Shown: positions 24,401 through 37,224, counted from the first letter of the stretch. The stretch: DNA of 64,000 nucleotides from Mustelus asterias (GCF_964213995.1 NC_135808.1:108500001-108564000); one strand, 5' to 3'. The notes: a model not told the origin generated them from the sequence alone. A program made the numbers and translations.

Positions 24401-25784
24401 ATGATTTTATCCACTTTTTACACACAATCATGGTCTACTTTAAATAATCCCAAAGGGGACATGACCTACCTCAAAGGTTGCCATATTTCTCCCAAAGAAT
24501 GTTTTACCTCTTCCAAAGGTGTCCTGTGACCATATGCAAAAGGGTACCTTACCTCTACAAAAAGATATCCTGGCTATCCAAATGAATGATGTGGATCCAA
24601 ATGAACCCACAGGGTTCGGACTTACTCCTCCTACCAGGGCTAATCTGCACACTCGAATTTCAGATAACTACCTCATCAAAATCACACGAGTGCATTTATA
24701 TAGGCAGCTGTCTCCATGAACAAGAGATGTGCAATTTATAACCCACCCCCATTGCCCCCTGTGACAATTGGCAGAGGCTGGATTTGGGGGTGGAACTTCT
24801 GGATTCTGGCCTCTGCCAGTCTATTGGAGCAGACAAAGAATATCTACATCTAGGTATCTATGTGAAAATTCAGGCCTAGTTTTTTGGTTCCAGAGTGTTA
24901 GTCCTGTAATATTACCACTATATTACCTTTCCCCTTGTTTTTAAAAGGTTACATGACCTTATACTGACAAGACTTACCTTTCTGCTGTAAGTCTATTTGC
25001 ATATACCGCACAAATACAGCGATGTGATGCCACTAATTCAATTCAATGGTGAGACAGACAGCGAGATGTTGTTTTCACAAAGCTAATGACAGTGCAACTC
25101 AGAAAGCAACTTTTGGATATTGATAATTAACTATGCATCTTCTCCTCCCTTGAAGTTGCAGTATTATTTACGCATAAACAATGGCAAGTGCCATTAAGTT
25201 CACTGTTATTTTGACAGCAAACTGTGGCTCTTTGTGGCTTGCACAATAATGCCAGGTAATAATTGCCTGAGGCACTGGCTTGCAGTCAAATCTATGTCTC
25301 ATGCACGTTGGTAAGTAAGGGTGTTGATAAGTACACTGAGGAGACACACAAGTCTGCATTGTGCTAGAATCAGAGACAATTACATTTTATATGCATCTGG
25401 GTCAGTCAACACCAATACTAAAAAAATGTCATCGAATCATAGTCATTCAGAAACCATTATTGCTAATACACCTCTGACTGTGCACACTTTTCTATTTCCA
25501 TGAAATAGCATTTGAGTGCCTCAACTCTGAAACGCAGCTCAGCTCATTGGCCTAGATTAGCATCTCCAGCATGGCCAGAAGCTGTAAATGTTGGCATTTT
25601 TGCATCCCACTCTCGCCGTTGCAAACCCAGTTGTAGATGCAATTGTTTTTTTCTGTTCATATGGAGGCCCCAATAACCTAGGTTCTTTCACAGCAGCTGG
25701 ATTGTCAGCTAACACAATTAGAGGAGACATGGCAAGTAATGCTGCAACAGTTAGGGTGAGGAGAAATGGGGAGGTTAAATATAT

Positions 25785-26858
25785 AGGCCGGGATTCTCCC
25801 AAAAAAAACCCACGTCCCCAATTCGCGTGGAAGCGGGAGGAACTGCCACCAGTTTTTTCAGTGTGATTTTCAGAGCAAATCTCTAACACTCTGAGCACTG
25901 CAGAGTGCCCTAGTGGACTCCCTCTGAAACTCAGGGCACAGGGCCTGCTCACACCCGAGAGGCCGCAGCATAGCGCTAAGTGGGCCACTAAGCATGCGCC
26001 CATTTGTCACAGCCCCGCATTGCCGGCCTCCCGATCGCTGGACAGCCCCAAAACTGGCCTTTCGACCTCCCCACTCCTCAATCGCTGGCCTCCTGGACCT
26101 CTCCAGGCCAGCCCCGATGTCCCCCCATCTCAGCATGCACCAATCTCCTTGGCCCCCAACCGGCCAGCCCCGATCTCCGAATTTGCCCCCCCCCCGCAAT
26201 AGCCCTGATCCGCCACCCCGTCCCCCAGCAGTCCCGACACCCCTCTCCACATTCAATGGCCAGCCCCAACTCCTCTTCCCTCCCTCTGCCTGTGATCCTC
26301 CAGCAGAGTGGCAGCGGGATCCCCCCCCCCCACCCCCACCATTTGCCCACCCAATAATCCACGCCTCCTCTGGCCCCATCCCCTTGGCACTGCCTGATGC
26401 CTGGTGGGCAATGCCAGAGTGCCGCTTGGGCATTGCCAGTGTGTCCCTTGAGCAGCGCCGGGAGCCAGGCTGGCACTGCCCAGGGGGCACACTCCCTTAC
26501 CCCATTCCTCATGAGGGGGGTCCCAATGGCCTCTCTTCACTCCAGCGGGGTTGGACCGCCTGGTCCCCGTTAGTAGGGAGTAGCTGTAAACCCCGCTGGA
26601 GTGAACCACTCCTGGCGGGGAGGGTGGGGGGAGATGCTAGCGGGCCCGGTGGCTTCAGTCCCGGGCCCGTTAATGACAAGGAAATGCTCATTTCCATCTT
26701 GTAACCAGCTCTGCGCCGATTTCCGGCATGGAGCTGGTTACATCAAAAGTCTTTGCCGCGGAGATGTGTGGAGGCCCGGGCACCCAATGGGAAGCCTGCG
26801 AAATGACCTCTGCTGATGTCTCCCAGTCCGCTGTGCAGCGGGCTTGGAGAATCACCCC
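25785..26858. mobile_element. GC-rich non-autonomous Harbinger-like element
   Basis: TIR-like ends ggccgggattctcc / ggagaatcacccc; internal ggcactgcc/ggcagtgcc motifs shared with 44957-45680. Confidence 0.6.
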
Positions 26859-27183
26859 TGTATACTCTTAAGGAATGCAAAAGAAGAGGCAAGTCCTGGG
26901 ACCCATCCTCACGTGTCCTGATGGGCTGGCGATATTCCTTTTGGTGCAACTCATGGGCAACTCCATCGTTTCTGACATGTTGGCAACTGATTCAGTTCCA
27001 TAACATATTCTAATTCATTGAATAAAGAGGTAAGACACTCAAAAAAGTAACATTTGTTTCAACAAACGAATGACATAATATGCAAGGGGCCTTGTTCTAT
27101 GGGGAGCTGTTATTTTTGACATAAATATAAAAATAGCTAGAGACAGTTCCTTGGGAATAACTGAGTTAATTTTTATGTGTATG

Positions 27184-27532
27184 TTTTTTTATTCATTCAT
27201 GGGACATGGGCGTCACTGGCTGGCCAGCATTTATTGTCCATCCCTAGTTGCCCTTGGATGGCAGTTGAGAGTCAACCACATTGCTGTGGCTCTGGAGTCA
27301 CATGTAGGCCAGACCAGGTAAGACTGGCAGATTTCCTTCCCTAAAGGACATTAGTGAACCAGATATGTTTTTCTGACAATTGACAATGGTTTCATGGTAA
27401 TCAGTAAATGCCAGATTTTTTTTTTATTGAATTCAAATTCCACCACCTGCCATGGCAGGACTTGAACCCGGATCGACCAGAACGTTCGCTGAGTTACTGG
27501 ATTAATAGTTCAGCGATAATACCACTAAGCCA
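27184..27532 (-). mobile_element. SINE family B
   Basis: Matches family B. Confidence 0.88.
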
Positions 27533-27797
27533 TGTTTTATCTGTAAACATAATTAAGAGGTAACATAAGAGAATATCATGGTTTAAAATCTGAGACAGTC
27601 TTCCAAACAGGCAACATCTACCAATAATTTGGTCAAAAGGTCATCAACCTTTAAAGTTAACTATTTCTACCTCCACCGGTATCTTCTGACCAGCTGACTT
27701 TCTTTTTATATCAGATTTCCATCATTTGCTGTATTTTGCTTTTACAATTTTCTGATATCAATTTCAGTAGCATTTAGCTTATGTACACCTGCTATAA

Positions 27798-28100
27798 GGC
27801 ACGGTGGCACAGTGGTTAGCACTGCTGCCCCACAGCGCCAGGGACCCGGGTTCAATTCCCAGTTTGGGTCACTGTCTATGTGGAGTTTGCACATTCACCC
27901 CGTGTCTGCATGGGTTTCCCACAGTCCAAAGATGTGAGGGTTAGGTGGATTGGTCATGATAAATTGTCCCTTAGTGTCAGGGGGACTAGCTAGGGTAAAT
28001 GCATGGGGTTATGGGGTTAGGGCCTGGGTGGGTTTGTGGTCGATGCAGACTCGATGGGCTCAATGGCCTTCTTCTGCATTGTAGGATTCTATGATTCTAT
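27798..28100 (+). mobile_element. HE1-like V-SINE (internal deletion)
   Basis: Matches the family. Confidence 0.88.
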
Positions 28101-28290
28101 ACCTGTAATTTAGGGTAATTTATATCAAACAGAACAATTTCATTCAAATTAATTTGTTTAAAATTGTAGGGAGAATCTTCCCAACTAAAAAAATGTTGCT
28201 TCACTATGGTGTCCATGAAGCTTTATCAGGTTGATACACAGAATGACACATTTCCTGGACTGCACTGAGTAACCTCATTGGGTTCCAACA

Positions 28291-28640
28291 GGGGGAGGCG
28301 ATGGTCTGGTGGCATTTTCGCTTGGTCTGGTGGCATTATCGCTAGATTATTAATTCAGAAACTCAACTAATGTTCTGGGGGACACAGGTTCAAATCCCAC
28401 CAAGGCAGATGGTGGAATTTGAATTCAATAAAAAATATCTGGAATTAAAAATCTGCAGATGACCCATCTAGTTCACAAATGTCCTTCAGGGAAGGATGTC
28501 TGCCGTCTTTACCTGGTCCAGCCTACATGTGATTCCAGAGCCACAGCAATGTGGCTGACTCTCAACTGCCCTCCAAGGATAACTAGGGATGGGCAATGAA
28601 TGCTGGCCAGTGACGCCTATGTTCCACGTATAACAAAAAA
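28291..28640 (+). mobile_element. SINE family B with a 21-bp head duplication
   Basis: Matches family B; ggtctggtggcatt.tcgct is duplicated. Confidence 0.85.
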
Positions 28641-28714
28641 CAGACAATTCCTTTCTATCCAATTAAAGTCAAATTTGATAGCAATAATTGACAGTCCAAG
28701 ACCTAACCTGAAGA

Positions 28715-29110
28715 AATAGGAAAGGCTTACACTTACATAGCACTGTTCATGGCATAAGGACAATCCAAAGCTCTTCATAATCAATTCGTTATTCCTTGAA
28801 CTAATTTACACAAAACTAGGTGCCCACAACATGCAATGAGATGAATAACTAGTTAAGCTGGCTTGGTAGTCCAGAGATAGCTGTCGTCAAGGACACTGGG
28901 AGAACTCCACAGCTCTCCTTTGAATTGTGACAAGGGAACTTTTATAACCTTCTGAGACAGCAGATGTCTCAGTTTAAAATCTTAGTTGAAGGACCAAACC
29001 TCCGACAGTGCATAATTCCCTCAGTACTATATTGTGGTGCTGACCTAGATTTCCTGTTTAAATTTCTTGCTTGGGACTTGTACCCTTAACCTTCTGGTCA
29101 CAAGCGCTAA
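28715..29110 (-). mobile_element. DeuSINE remnant
   Basis: cctccgacagtgcataattccctcagtact and ggacactgggagaactcc are reverse-complement Deu-like motifs. Confidence 0.6.
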
Positions 29111-30213
29111 CAACAAGATGGGTTAACAGAGAGTAACCCGGACTACAGACAAAACAGGGACTACAAACAGAAACGATTTCCAAAACAAACCGATAAACCC
29201 GTTATGATCTGTGATCTGATACAAAATTTGTCACTCCCTCATTCAGACAGAAATCATTTGCACGCTGAAATATTTTCAAATGTACCTCACCACACTATAA
29301 TACAAATATAATAAGCATTACTTATGATTACTTGTCAAATAGACAAATCATGTCGCAAGACTTATCTTACACACCTTTAAAAAATAGATTTTACTGATCC
29401 CCCCGCCCCCAATAACCTTTCAATTTGTGTATAGTAATACGTTATGAAATTAGTTAGAGAGACATCTTCACTTCCTTTCTGTAAGATTATCTATCACTGG
29501 AGGTAAACAGCACCCACCTTATGAATAACAGCCATGATAGCAAGTTCATTACTTAAGCCTGAGTCATCACTGTCAGCTTTTCATGACCACTCCCCTGGAA
29601 CGTGGCTGCTCCTGGAAGACTCACATTCCACAGTCAGCTCATAGGAAAGTTAGTCATGTTTGGCCCACAGTATCACGCTTTGCAATACCAAAAAAATAGC
29701 AACCTTAGCAACACCACACCTCGGTGCGTCTACAGCAACCATAATCTACACCTGGAACACATCCTGTGCCAATTTCTCCAAGTTCTGTGCCTTTGTTTCC
29801 TCCCTCTGCAGAAACTCTCTCATCTTCACCAAATTGCCTCAATAAATTTGAGCATCGCAAATTCACAAAATATGAGGTCTGAAATTCCACAGGAAACTGA
29901 CACTGACCTTCTGGGCTCCTGCCAGAATTAAGGTAAAAGGCAAATCAGTAAAGGAATCAAGGGTTATGTGGATAAAGCAGGAAAGCGGAGTTAAAGATTA
30001 TTATATCAGATCAGTCACAATCTCATTGAATAGCAGGGCAGACTTGTTGGGCCAAATGGCCTACTTTTGTCTAATGGTCTAGCTTCCACAGGAATTCCAG
30101 GTCTTGAGTTTGCTAATTTGAAAAGCTATTAGAATCTTGCCTATCAAGCTCAACAGCTGAAGACGAGTATGTTGGATTTAATTGAATTTTGTTTGTATTT
30201 TTGTCTCTCCATC

Positions 30214-30310
30214 CACACACACACGCACACACAAACACACACACATACACCCGCATGCATGCACGCACACATGCACAGACACGCACACATGCAGACAGCA
30301 TGCACGCACC
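30214..30310. repeat. Imperfect (CA)n microsatellite
   Basis: cacacacacacgcacacacaaacacac...gcatgcacgcacac. Confidence 0.9.
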
Positions 30311-30379
30311 CCCTCCCCCCCACCTCCTCCAAAGATAGTACCAAACATGATGTATAATTTCCCAGAGGATAAGTTAACA

Positions 30380-30610
30380 AAGAACAAAGAGAATTACAGC
30401 ACAGGAACAGGACCTTCGGCCCTCTAAGCCTGCACCGACCATGCTGTCCGTCTGAACTAAAACCCTTTACCTTTCCGGGGACCATATCCCTTTATTCCTA
30501 TCCTACATATGTATTTGTCAAGAAGCCCCTTAAAAGTCACTATTGTATCTACTTTCACGACCTCCCCTGGCAGCGAGTTCCAGGCACCCACCATCCTTTG
30601 TGCAAAAAAC
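30380..30610 (-). mobile_element. CR1 3' end fragment
   Basis: FFAQRMVGAWNSLPGEVV...FKGLLDKY plus 3'UTR. Confidence 0.85.
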
Positions 30611-30789
30611 TTAAATGAAGACCTAGTTCGAGGCAAACACAAGAGAGATCCCAGATTTATCTTTGGTACCTGTCAACATAGACAGTGAGTGTCTTAGTGC
30701 ATTTACATTAGTAGAATATGAATAACAGTTGCTATGGCCTCACTGGTCAAATGCGCTACCAGTGTTCATTGTACTAAAGTGACACCAAG

Positions 30790-31880
30790 ATATGTCTCCT
30801 CCCTGGTGCCAGGGTCAAGGATGTCACTGAAAAGCTGCAGGACATTGTGAAGGGGGAGGGTGAACAAGGAGATAGTTGTCCATATTGGTCCAGTGACATA
30901 GGTAAGATGAGGGACGAGGTCCTGAAAACCAAATAAAGGCAGCTAGGAAATAAATTAAAAAGCAGGACACCGAGAGTAGTAATCTTGGGGTTACTTCCAG
31001 TGCCATGTGCTAGCGAGAACAGGAGTAGGAAAATAGTGTCGAATGACAAGAAAACGGTAGGGAGCCAGGGTGCCCGGCTGGCACTGCCCGATTGGCACTA
31101 CCCGACCCTGTCCCCAACCACCCGGGGGGCTTGAATGGCCTCTGGTCCCACTGGCGAGGCCATCACATCTGGTCTCCGTTGGTGGGGACCATCTATGATC
31201 CTTGCCAGTGAGGCATTGGGACTGATGCTGGGGAAGATTGGACCTGTACAACCCGAACAGGTTGCACCCCAGCAACTGGGACCAATATTCCTCGCGGGAA
31301 TATTTGCTTGTGCTGTGGAGGAGGATTTAAACTAGGAGGATGGGAGCCTGAGAAAAGAGGGAAACAAAAATAGAAATGAAAGATAGAAAAATAGCAAGCA
31401 AGAGTGGAACAATGGAAAGCAGCAAATAGGGCCTTAGTACAAAAAAGGGTAAAAATGTAAAAACGACAAGTCTAAAGGTGCTACATCTGAATGCATGGAG
31501 CATTCGCAATAAAGCAGATGAATTAAAGCACAAATTGATATAAACAGGTATGATATGATTGTGATTCTGAGTGACCAAGGCTGGGAATTGAATATCCAAG
31601 GGTACTCGATATCTAGAAATAACAGGCAAAAAGGGAAAGGTGGTGGGATGGCATTGTTAGTAAAGGATGAAATCAGTGTAATTATGAGAGAGGATATGGG
31701 CTCAGAAAATCTAGACGGTGAATCAATCTGAGTGGAGCAAGGTAGCAACAAGGGGTGGAAAATGTTAGTGGTAGTTGTCTATAGGTCACGAAACAGTAGT
31801 GGTGAGGTAGAGTTTGCATTGAACAGGAAATTAGAGATTCATGTAACAAGGGTTCCACAGTAATCATGAGTGACTTTAAT
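30790..31880 (+). mobile_element. Degraded CR1 ORF1 (esterase-like) and ORF2 start
   Basis: CLLPGARVKDVTE.LQDIVKGEGEQ, VHIG..DIGK, LK..YLNA.SIRNK remnants. Confidence 0.75.
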
Positions 31881-31964
31881 CATAGAATCCTAAAGTGTGG
31901 AAAGAGGCCATTCAGCCCATTGAGTCTGCACCAACCCACAATCCCACCCAGGCCCTATCCCCAT

Positions 31965-32600
31965 AGTGGTGGGGATAGGCGGCATCAGTGATGGGGTGCA
32001 TATGTGGTTGGAAGTTCATTTCAGGGTCAAGCATGACACCAAGTTTGTGAACAATCTGGTGCAGCCTCCGACAATTGTCAGTGAGAGGGCGGCACGGTAG
32101 CACAGTGGTTAGCACTGCTGCTTCACAGCTCCAGGGTCCCGGGTTCGATTCCCGGCTCGGGTCACTGTCTGTGTGGAGTTTGCACATTCTCCTCGTGTCT
32201 GCGTGGGTTTCCTCCGGGTGCTCCGGTTTCCTCCCACAGTCCAAAGATGTGCAGGTTAGGTTGATTGGCCAGGTTAGAAATTGCCCCTTAGAGTCCTGAG
32301 ATGCGTAGGTTGGTGGGATTAGCGGGTAAATATGTGGGGGTAGGGCCTGGGTGGGATTGCGGTCGGTGCAGACTCGGTGGGCCGAATGGCCTCCTTCTGC
32401 ACTGTAGGGTTTCTATGATTTCTATGAGATGGAGGAAGTTGGCAGCTAGAGAATGGAGTTTGTGATGGGGTTCAAAGATAAATGGCTTCAGTCTCCCCAA
32501 TATTTAATTGGAGGAAATTTCTGCTCATTTAGTACTGGATATCAGGGAAGCAGTCTGATCATTTATAGACAGTCCGAGGAGCTGAAAGAGATTATATTAA
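31965..32600 (-). mobile_element. L2 LINE remnant interrupted by a V-SINE
   Basis: LGVMLDPEMNFQPHM..IT and KPFIF.P peptides on the minus strand, typical of the L2 RT C-terminus. Confidence 0.6.
32087..32425 (+). mobile_element. HE1-like V-SINE, young
   Basis: Nearly identical to 60077-60419(-); CpGs retained. Confidence 0.92.
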
Positions 32601-32745
32601 TGTAGGTGAAGTAGAGTTATGGCAAAAAGGAAAAGCAAGAACAAGGAGAGGAGGCTCTAACCTACAAAAACCTGTCACCAAATACCCTAAAGGGTGAGTC
32701 AGCCCCATGGCAAGCCTGCATCTATACTAAAATCCTTTAACATGA

Positions 32746-33530
32746 AGGACAGAATTTTCTCAGAAAAAATCTACGTGTCGAATTATGAAAAAATGGTAGG
32801 TAGCTAGGGTGTCAGGCTGGCACTGCCCCATTGCCACTGCCTGGCCCTGTCCCCAACCACCCAGAAGGCTTGAATGGTCTCTGGTCCTACTGGCGAGGCC
32901 ATCACATCTGGCCCCCGTTGGTGGGGACCATCTATGATCCTTGCCAGTGAAGCACAGTGGCATAGCAGTTAGTACTGCTGCCTCACAGTGCCAGGGACCT
33001 GGGTTCAATTCCTGGTTTGGGTCACTGTCTGTGTGGAGTTTGCATGTTCTCCCTGTGTCTTTGTGGGTTTCCTCTGGGTGCTCCGATTTCCTCTCACAGT
33101 CCAAAGATGTGCGGGTTAGGTGGATCGGCCATGCTAAATTGCCCCTTAGTGTCAGGGTGACTAGCTAGGGTAAATTCTTGGAGTTATGGGGATAGGGCGT
33201 GGGTAGGATTGTCGTCAGTGCAGACTCGATGGGCTGAGTGGTCTCCTTCTGCACTGTAGGATTCTGTGATTCTGTAACCTCAACCGGCAAGGGGACTTGG
33301 TAGGTGAGCCTGGACGGTTGCGTCTGGGGCTCATTAGTGACAATGTAAAACATGTCATTAATATTTAAATCAGTCTCGCACACTTCCTGGGCACGAGGCT
33401 GATTTCTCCAGTAGAATGGGGCCAGCAAGATCACGGGAGTCAAGAAACTGGGCGCAAACCTGATTTTTCGCCTATCGTACCAGCTTGCCACGCTGATCGA
33501 TTGGCGTGGTGAGCCATTAAGATTGCACCC
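32746..33530. mobile_element. Non-autonomous Harbinger-like element containing a V-SINE (32952-33274,+)
   Basis: Ends aggacagaattttc / taagattgcaccc; internal similarity to 25785-26858. Confidence 0.55.
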
Positions 33531-34427
33531 AAACACTTGAATGAAAGAGTTGGTGATGAGTAAGTGAGGTGTACAGATCTGTGCTTGGATGTCCAAAACC
33601 TTAAGGTGGATAGCATGACATCGGCTGCCATCACACTGAAGACAGAGTTTTTGTTGTATTATTGATGAGGAAATTCTAAGGTCTGGGACCACTTGTAATA
33701 TTGGGCCAGATATGGGAACATGTGCTCAGAAATCCAGGGCTCACAACATAGCACATTATTAAAAAAAGGCAAAAACCTCATGAGGCGGCTTTGCAGCATT
33801 AATTGTTGGAATGATAAATGGAGTGCATTCACACTGTGACCAGGAGGATGGTGACTATAAATTCACATGTTTTGCAGTGAGCTATGTTGCTCATACTGTG
33901 ACTCATGAAGAGCTCCCAGCACCTGTTGTCAACTTAGTGAGGGTTCAAGCGCACACTCATCAGTTATCTAATAATCAAGTGGTGACATTCCTTCCTGGGG
34001 GAATGACATTTTAGGGACAAATTGGTTCCAGGGTGATACTCTGATGGCAGAAGCTTGAAACCAAGTCACCGTCCTTGACAGCTGCATAATTCAATACATG
34101 AAGCAGACAGTTTTATAGCAATGTGTTACTGTTGGCCAGCCAGTAGGGCTCACGAATGGAACCTGCAGGCATTGATCTGTCACTTAGAATTCATATTCTT
34201 CTTCCTTTGACTCCTGATAATTCTGAAAGTCAATACCCTGACAGGTAAGAGGTGACCCTAGCTAGGCAAACAGTGGGAGGTCTGCACTGAGTATTGGAAC
34301 TGGGTAACACCTCCAAATACAAATTGAAACAAAAAGAAAGGATTAAAATTTATTGTAAAATACTGCCATGAATGCTGAACTTTACAAGAAATGTCCCTTT
34401 AACCTAAAGTAAGGTTAGGATTAAGTC

Positions 34428-36718
34428 AGGATTAAGGAGAATCCCAAGGCATTTTATTCATACGTTAGGAACAAAAGGGTTGTTAGGGAAAAAATCGGAC
34501 CTCTCAGGGACAAAAGTGGGGACTTATGCTTGGAGCCCAAAGAAGTAGGGGAGATCCTAAATGAATACTTTGCGTCGGTATTCACAAAGGAGAGGGATGT
34601 GTTGACTGGGAGTGTCTCTGAGGGGAGTGTTGAACCGTTGGAGAAAATCTCCATTACAAAGGAGGAAGTGTTAGGTTTGTTAGAGAATATAAAGACTGAC
34701 AAATCCCCAGGGCCTGATGGAATCTATCCAAGGCTGCTCAGGGAGACGAGAGGTGAAATCGTTGGGCCTCTGACGCAAATCTTTGTCTCGTCACTGGACG
34801 CAGGTGAGGTCCCAGAGGATTGGAGGATAGCCAATGTGGTCCCGTTATTTAAGAAGGGTAGGAAGGATAACCCGGGTAATTATAGGCCGGTGAGCTTGAC
34901 GTCCGTGGTGGGGAAGTTGTTGGAGAAGATTCTTAGAGATAGGATGTATGCGCATTTAGAAATGAATAAACTCATTAACGATAGTCAGCATGGTTTTGTG
35001 AGAGGGAGGTCATGCCTCACTAACCTGGTGGTGTTTTTTGAAGAAGTGACCAAAATGGTTGACGAAGGAAGGGCCGTGGATGTTGTCTATATGGACTTTA
35101 GTAAAGCGTTTGACAAAGTCCCTCATGGTAGGCTAGTGAAAAAGGTTGGATCTCATGGGATAAAGGGGGAGGTGGCTAGATGGGTGGAGAACTGGCTTGG
35201 TCATAGAAGACAGAGGGTGGTAGTGGAAGGGTCTTTTTCCGGCTGGAGGCCTGTGACTAGTGGTGTTCCGCAGGGCTCTGTATTGGGACCTCTGCTGTTT
35301 GTGATTTATATAAATGATCTGGAAGAAGGAGTAACTGGGGTGATCAGTAAGTTTGCGGACGACACAAAACTGGCAGGACTTGCAGATAGTGAGGACCATT
35401 GTCAGAGGCTACAGAAGGATATAGATAGGCTGGAAATTTGGGCAAGGAAATGGCAGATGGAGTTCAATCCTGATAAATGCAAAGTGATGCATTTTGGTGG
35501 GAATAATGTAGGGAGGAGCTACACAATAAATGGAAGAACCATAAAGGGTGTAGAGACGCAGAGGGACCTGGGTGTGCAAGTCCACAGATCTTTGAAGGTG
35601 ACGTCACAGGTGGAGAAGGTGGTGAAGAAGGCATATGGCATGCTTGCCTTTATAGGACGGGGCATAGAGTATAAGAGTTGGGGTCTGATGTTGCAGATGT
35701 ATAGAACGTTGGTTCGACCGCATTTGGAATACAGCATCCAGTTCTGGTCGCCACACTACCAGAAGGACGTGGAGGCTTTGGAGAGAGTACAGAGGAGGTT
35801 TACCAGGATGTTGCCTGGTATGGAGGGGCTTGGTTATGAGGAGAGATTGGGGAAACTGGGGTTGTTCTCCTTGGAAAGACGGAGGATGAGGGGAGACTTA
35901 ATAGAGGTGTATAAAATTATGAAAGGCATAGATAGGGTGAACGGTGGGAAGCTTTTCCCCGGGTCGGTGGTGACATTCACGAGGGGTCATAGGTTCAAGG
36001 TGAAGGGGGGGAGGTTTAACACAGATATCAGAAGGACATATTTTACACAGAGGGTCGTGGGGGCCTGGAATGTGTTGCCGGGCAAGGTGGTGGAGGCGGA
36101 CACACTGGGAACGTTTAAGACTTATCTAGACAGCTATATGAACGGAGTGGGAATGGAGGGATACAAAAGAGTGGTCTAGTTTGGACCAGGGAGCGGCGCG
36201 GGCTAATTGTTCCTTGTTTCTCGTTTCAAGGCTTCATTCTATGATCATCTTGCTGGTGCCAGTACAGAGCGAGACTGCGGATAGTTGGGAACCTGTCTCG
36301 GGGGCAGGGAATTCATATGGTGTTCGTGGTAGTGGAAATGACTAGGGTTGGGAAGCATTTTCCGATCAGGGCCAGTGTGATCTCCTGGACTCGTTTCGAT
36401 CGCCTCAGGGGCTCGGAGAGGAATTTCCCAGATTTTCTTTCCCCATATTGGCCCTGGGGTTTTCACTCTGGGTTTTCGCCTCTCCCTGGAGATCACATGG
36501 TCTGGAATGGGGGGGTGGGGGTGAGTTAATAGGTTGTGATGAACAAAGCATCGTAGCTGTGAGGGACAGCTCGGTGGATAGGATATTGGTATGTAGATAG
36601 GCTGGAAAATTGGGCGGGGATCCTGGATTCAGGATTCAATCCTGGACCGGGGAGCGGCGCGGGCTTGGAGGGCCGAAGGGCCTGTTCCTGTGCTGTATTG
36701 TTCTTTGTTCTTTGTTCT
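34428..36718 (+). mobile_element. CR1 LINE, 5'-truncated and young, with a long 3'UTR
   Basis: Uninterrupted ORF2 (RIKENPKAFYSYV...FADD...WNVLP), 540-bp 3'UTR, (ttgttct)n tail. Confidence 0.95.
34530..36179 (+). CDS. CR1 ORF2 reverse transcriptase (open 549 aa, lacks the endonuclease and promoter)
   Basis: KSPGPDGI, NYRPVSLTS, DFSKAFDKVPH, GVPQGSVLGP, FADD; no stops. Confidence 0.85.
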   Translation: MEPKEVGEILNEYFASVFTKERDVLTGSVSEGSVEPLEKISITKEEVLGLLENIKTDKSPGPDGIYPRLLRETRGEIVGPLTQIFVSSLDAGEVPEDWRIANVVPLFKKGRKDNPGNYRPVSLTSVVGKLLEKILRDRMYAHLEMNKLINDSQHGFVRGRSCLTNLVVFFEEVTKMVDEGRAVDVVYMDFSKAFDKVPHGRLVKKVGSHGIKGEVARWVENWLGHRRQRVVVEGSFSGWRPVTSGVPQGSVLGPLLFVIYINDLEEGVTGVISKFADDTKLAGLADSEDHCQRLQKDIDRLEIWARKWQMEFNPDKCKVMHFGGNNVGRSYTINGRTIKGVETQRDLGVQVHRSLKVTSQVEKVVKKAYGMLAFIGRGIEYKSWGLMLQMYRTLVRPHLEYSIQFWSPHYQKDVEALERVQRRFTRMLPGMEGLGYEERLGKLGLFSLERRRMRGDLIEVYKIMKGIDRVNGGKLFPGSVVTFTRGHRFKVKGGRFNTDIRRTYFTQRVVGAWNVLPGKVVEADTLGTFKTYLDSYMNGVGMEGYKRVV

Positions 36719-36734
36719 AAAATTGAGAATTCCT

Positions 36735-37113
36735 TTATTTTTTTCATGGGATGTGGGTTTCACTGGCAAGGCCAGCATTTGTTGCCAATCCCTAATTGTC
36801 CTTGAATCGAGTGGCTTGCCAGGCCACTTCAGAGGTCAGTTAAGAGTCAACCTCATTGCTCTGGGTCAGACCAGGTAAGGACAGCTTCCTTCCTTAAATA
36901 ACATCAGTGAGCAGATGGGTTGTTACGACAATCGACAATGTTTTGATGGTCATCATTAGATTTTTAATTCCAGAGTTTCTTTATTATTGAATTCAAATTC
37001 CACAAGCTGATAGGACTCGAACTTATGGCGGGATCCGAACCTGCGTCCCCAGAGCATTACCCTGTGTCTCTGGATTACTTGTCCAGTGACAATACCACTA
37101 CACCACCACCTTC
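36735..37113 (-). mobile_element. SINE family B (older copy)
   Basis: Matches family B. Confidence 0.8.
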
Positions 37114-37224
37114 CCCCTGGAAAGATGGTAATACTAGCAAGGAATGTATCATTGGCGTTCCTGATGAACACCTCAGTTTGGAGAAATGTCCATGTGATCT
37201 TGTTGCCATGGCGAGAGAAACTCA

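Noticed and set aside
25994-26704. 236-aa proline-rich ORF and overlapping ORFs
   Set aside because: They arise from GC-rich low-complexity sequence inside a non-autonomous DNA element, are open on both strands and show no domain
29602-29931. ORFs in unique-looking sequence, including MREFLQREETKAQNLEKLAQDVFQ on the minus strand
   Set aside because: There is an in-frame stop just upstream, the splice signals are weak and no homology was recognised
32087-32165. tRNA-like sequences with A and B boxes
   Set aside because: They are SINE heads continuing into a SINE body, with no complete cloverleaf or terminator
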